This document shows positions 60,830-64,000 of a stretch of 64,000 nt of DNA, piece by piece. Position 1 is the stretch's first letter, and each line of letters starts with the position of its first letter. Position numbers and translations under genes: made by a program. The stretch comes from Eledone cirrhosa (lineage: Eukaryota). The stretch lies in the NCBI GenBank assembly GCA_964016885.1, contig OZ024747.1:23312001-23376000 (forward strand), given 5' to 3'. The notes beneath the pieces were generated by a model. It did not search any database. It saw only the letters and a list, made by a program, of their open reading frames with translations, and had not been told where the DNA came from.

Positions 60830-61522
60830 GTGGCTGCCAACTCGTTTTCGAGTACGGCCACTACTTTATATCCATGTAGGAGAACCCCCTACCGATGCGC
60901 TGAACGAGTGTGACTTTTTAGTCCAGCCAGCGACTTGAAAACTCAGGTACAAACACTACACTTGCGACAATTATATATATATATATATATATATACTGTT
61001 ATACACACACACATTATATATATAAATATACATGCACACACCTAGATACGTTCACTCATAGATGCATACACTAACGTTCATAAATTTACACACAATCTGT
61101 TGACACGTTTTCTTATTCTTCCTACCTTTCTCTGTTTTAAATTTAATTCTCGTTTTCACCTTCCGATCTCTCTCACTCTCTATCTATCTATCTGACTCTC
61201 TCTCTCTCTTACTCTCTCTTTCTTACTCTCTCTCTTTCTTACTCTCTCACTCTCTATTTTGAGAATCTTTTCTTCTCTCCTTCTGTCCACATTAATTCAC
61301 TCATTTCTTCGTTTACCTGTTTCAGTCAGTAGACTACGGCCATGCTGGAACACCATCTCGATTTAGTTGATCATATCAATCACATTACTTTTTCAAATCT
61401 TATACTTATTTTATTGATCTCTCTTTTGTCGAACCGCTAAGTTACAGAATAATAACACAGACAGATGCACACACTCACACATGCACACACTCATACATGC
61501 ACACATACACACACACACACAT

Positions 61523-61571
<49 letters not shown>

Positions 61572-62394
61572 CACACATACAACAGGCTTCTGCAATTTCC
61601 GTCTACTAAATTCTACTCACAAGGCATTGGTCAACCCAAGGCTATATAGTAAGTAAACACTTGCCCAAGGTGCCATGCAGCAGAACGAACTGGTTGCTAA
61701 CCTTAACCCTAACCAAACTCCTTAACCACTCAGCTATGTTCTACGTTATATTCCTCTTACTTTCACTATCTCTTTCACTCTCCACACATAAATGCACACA
61801 TTGGACCCCCTTTGGTTCCGATGACGAATGTTCCAGTACTTTGAATTATAGAACAGCCTACTCATGAAATTTACGTGAAAGTATATAAGCATTCCATAGA
61901 CATTTACACCTTTTATGTAATTCTCAGGGAGATTTAAATTATCCAATGTGAGGCCTTAGAAATACAAATACAACTTATTTTTTTCCATCTGAATGGACCG
62001 AAGCATAATATGCCACCAGGAATTGAACTCAAGGTGATGTACAAGACAAGATTAGACACACAGAACTTCACTGTCATCAGCTCTCAAACCAACAAAATGG
62101 TTTCGCACGATTTAATTGAGAGTACCATTTTAAAATGCTGGATTGTGCAACAGAAAAATAAATCTTTCTGCTGGTATGTGTGTGATAAAACAAACAGCAC
62201 AAATAGAAAGATGAAAGAAAACAAAGAAAAGAAAATACTTGGATAGTGGACTTCAAACTGTGGTATCTGTCCTAAATAGAAAGCTAATCATAGTTATGAT
62301 AAAGTTAAAACAATGTCTCTGATCAAGACAAAGCTAGAGTGTATTTGAATACACACACACACACATATAACTTCCCTATGCAGAATAAATACTC

Positions 62395-62635
62395 CCATAG
62401 GAATATAGTATATGAGTGTAAGTTACCACTAGTGATGTGATGTACAAGTACATCAGCACAACAGAGATCAGTTTTAAGGATAGGTGGTACAATCATCACC
62501 ATTCCTTTAACCAGATAGATGAGAAACAGAGCATGGCACTATCCGACTTTATATGGAAGCTTAAGCAGTATTGAATACAATACTCTCTGTTGTGGTCTAC
62601 GCTTGCAATGGCATTGAGATGCAGACATCTTCTAA
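62395..62635 (+). mobile_element. Degenerate Penelope-like GIY-YIG endonuclease fragment
   Basis: NIVYECK...KYISTTEISFKDRWYNHHHSF...ALSDFIWKLK across frameshifts. Confidence 0.6.
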
Positions 62636-62639
62636 AAAT

Positions 62640-62985
62640 GTTATTCTTTAGTTCAAATAATTATTGTTCGGAGATGGCAAACCTTGTAATATCCTAAATT
62701 TTTCACTGAGGCAGAGACAACATCTCTTAGTACCATTAGTATAAGGTCTGAAACTTTCAAGTACCTTCCAAGTAATTTTATGTGGGACTTCTTTCTCCTT
62801 TAATTGCCAGACACTTTTTGCTACAGCTGTGCTGGTTCTCATATCAGGATTCCTGAAGGAGTGGAGATGGAAATAAAAATGTTGTTTAAAACAATCTTGC
62901 ATCATACCCACATATCTTTCACTAACTTCAGAATTTTCTGTGGTGTTGTGTGTAATCTTTGCCTCATACACAATGGATTTGTTAT
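62640..62985 (-). mobile_element. Penelope-like element GIY-YIG endonuclease fragment
   Basis: IVYEA...YVG....FKQH..H..SF...T.VAKSVWQLK...ITWKV...Y....CCLCLSEK..I...LN. Confidence 0.8.
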
Positions 62986-64000
62986 TATTTAGCAGAATTG
63001 TTAGAGCATCAGACAAAATGCTTTGCGTCATTTAGTTATGCCAGTTTATGTTCTGAGTTCAAATCCCGTCAACGTGAACATTGCCTTACATCCTTCTGGG
63101 ATTAATAAAATAAAGCACCAACAAAGTACTGGGATTGATATAATCAACTTTCCTCTCCCCAAAATTGCTGGCCTTGTGCCTAAATTAGAAATCATCATTG
63201 GTGGATTGGCAGTATCGGTAGAGGGTCGGACGCCATGCTTTGTTACGGCCCTTTATGGACTGAGTTCAAATCCCGCCAAGGTTAACTTTGCCTTTCATTC
63301 TTACGGGATCGATAAAATAAAGTACCAGTAATACACTGGGATAATTGCTGGCCTTGTGCCAAAAGTAGAAACATTATTATAGTCATTTATGTTGGGGACA
63401 GCTACATTTCAAATTGCAATTATATTTCTGTTTATTTCAGAATTGCTTTGTCTGTTTCATCTGAACACTTACCTCAATCCAGACACCAACTAAAGAACAA
63501 GAGATGGAGTGCCACTAGCTACATTGTTTAATTCTTCAGCTTTGCTATGCCCTTTCCATATCTTAAATTAAAATACTCATCATGGCGGGGAATTTCCGTT
63601 ATTATAGGTGGAATAATTGTACATTTGGCTCTTGGAAGCTCCTATATTATCGGTAAGTATAGATGTTGTAGTTGTTGTTTAGCTCAAGGTTAGCACTGAG
63701 TCAGCAGCCCTATGATTCAAGCAATGACTTCCCACCATCTCATATTATTTTCAGACTTAATCTGTCTAGGACTACATTATTCAATCTCACCTGTTTTAAG
63801 ATGGTAGGATATAATTTGGCTGCTATTTCTTGCAAGTCGAGTGACTATGTAAAAGCTCTCTTTTGGCTCAAGAAATATTGTTGCTGTTGTGTAGCTTTGA
63901 GTCCGATCTGATTGTGCGGCAGACCTAATAAATGTTATTGTTGTTCTTTTTTGTGGAGTATACATGGTTAAGAAGTTTCCTTCACAATCATGCAGTCTCA

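Overview
AT-rich, repeat-dense animal genomic DNA. The SINE/LINE/microsatellite make-up looks like an octopod cephalopod (inference). Three host genes can be built from splice signals and consistent reading phases. (1) A minus-strand leucine-rich-repeat gene (SDS22-like LRRs plus LRRcap), 9 exons from ATG 24030 running off the window start. (2, 3) A tandem pair of 3-exon secreted AA15-type lytic polysaccharide monooxygenase (LPMO) genes at 25562-31644 and 43421-48062, each with a histidine brace, a basic linker and a 6-Cys C-terminal module. The rest is transposon-derived: an RTE LINE split by a Buster-type hAT, a Helitron nested in a Tc1/mariner MITE nested in a SINE, a decayed full-length Gypsy element with an intact-looking -1 frameshift signal, mariner, CRE and Penelope fragments, many tRNA-derived SINEs and MITEs, and large G/T satellites. 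Most notable: the LPMO paralogs are nearly identical in patches but diverge next to the second copper His, and both lack the conserved Ala there; type I hammerhead ribozyme motifs and a family of fold-back palindromes surround the LPMO genes; and a long-TIR Pack-type transposon has captured the first coding exon of an RMND5/Gid2 gene. All alignments and folds were done by eye; no database search was run.
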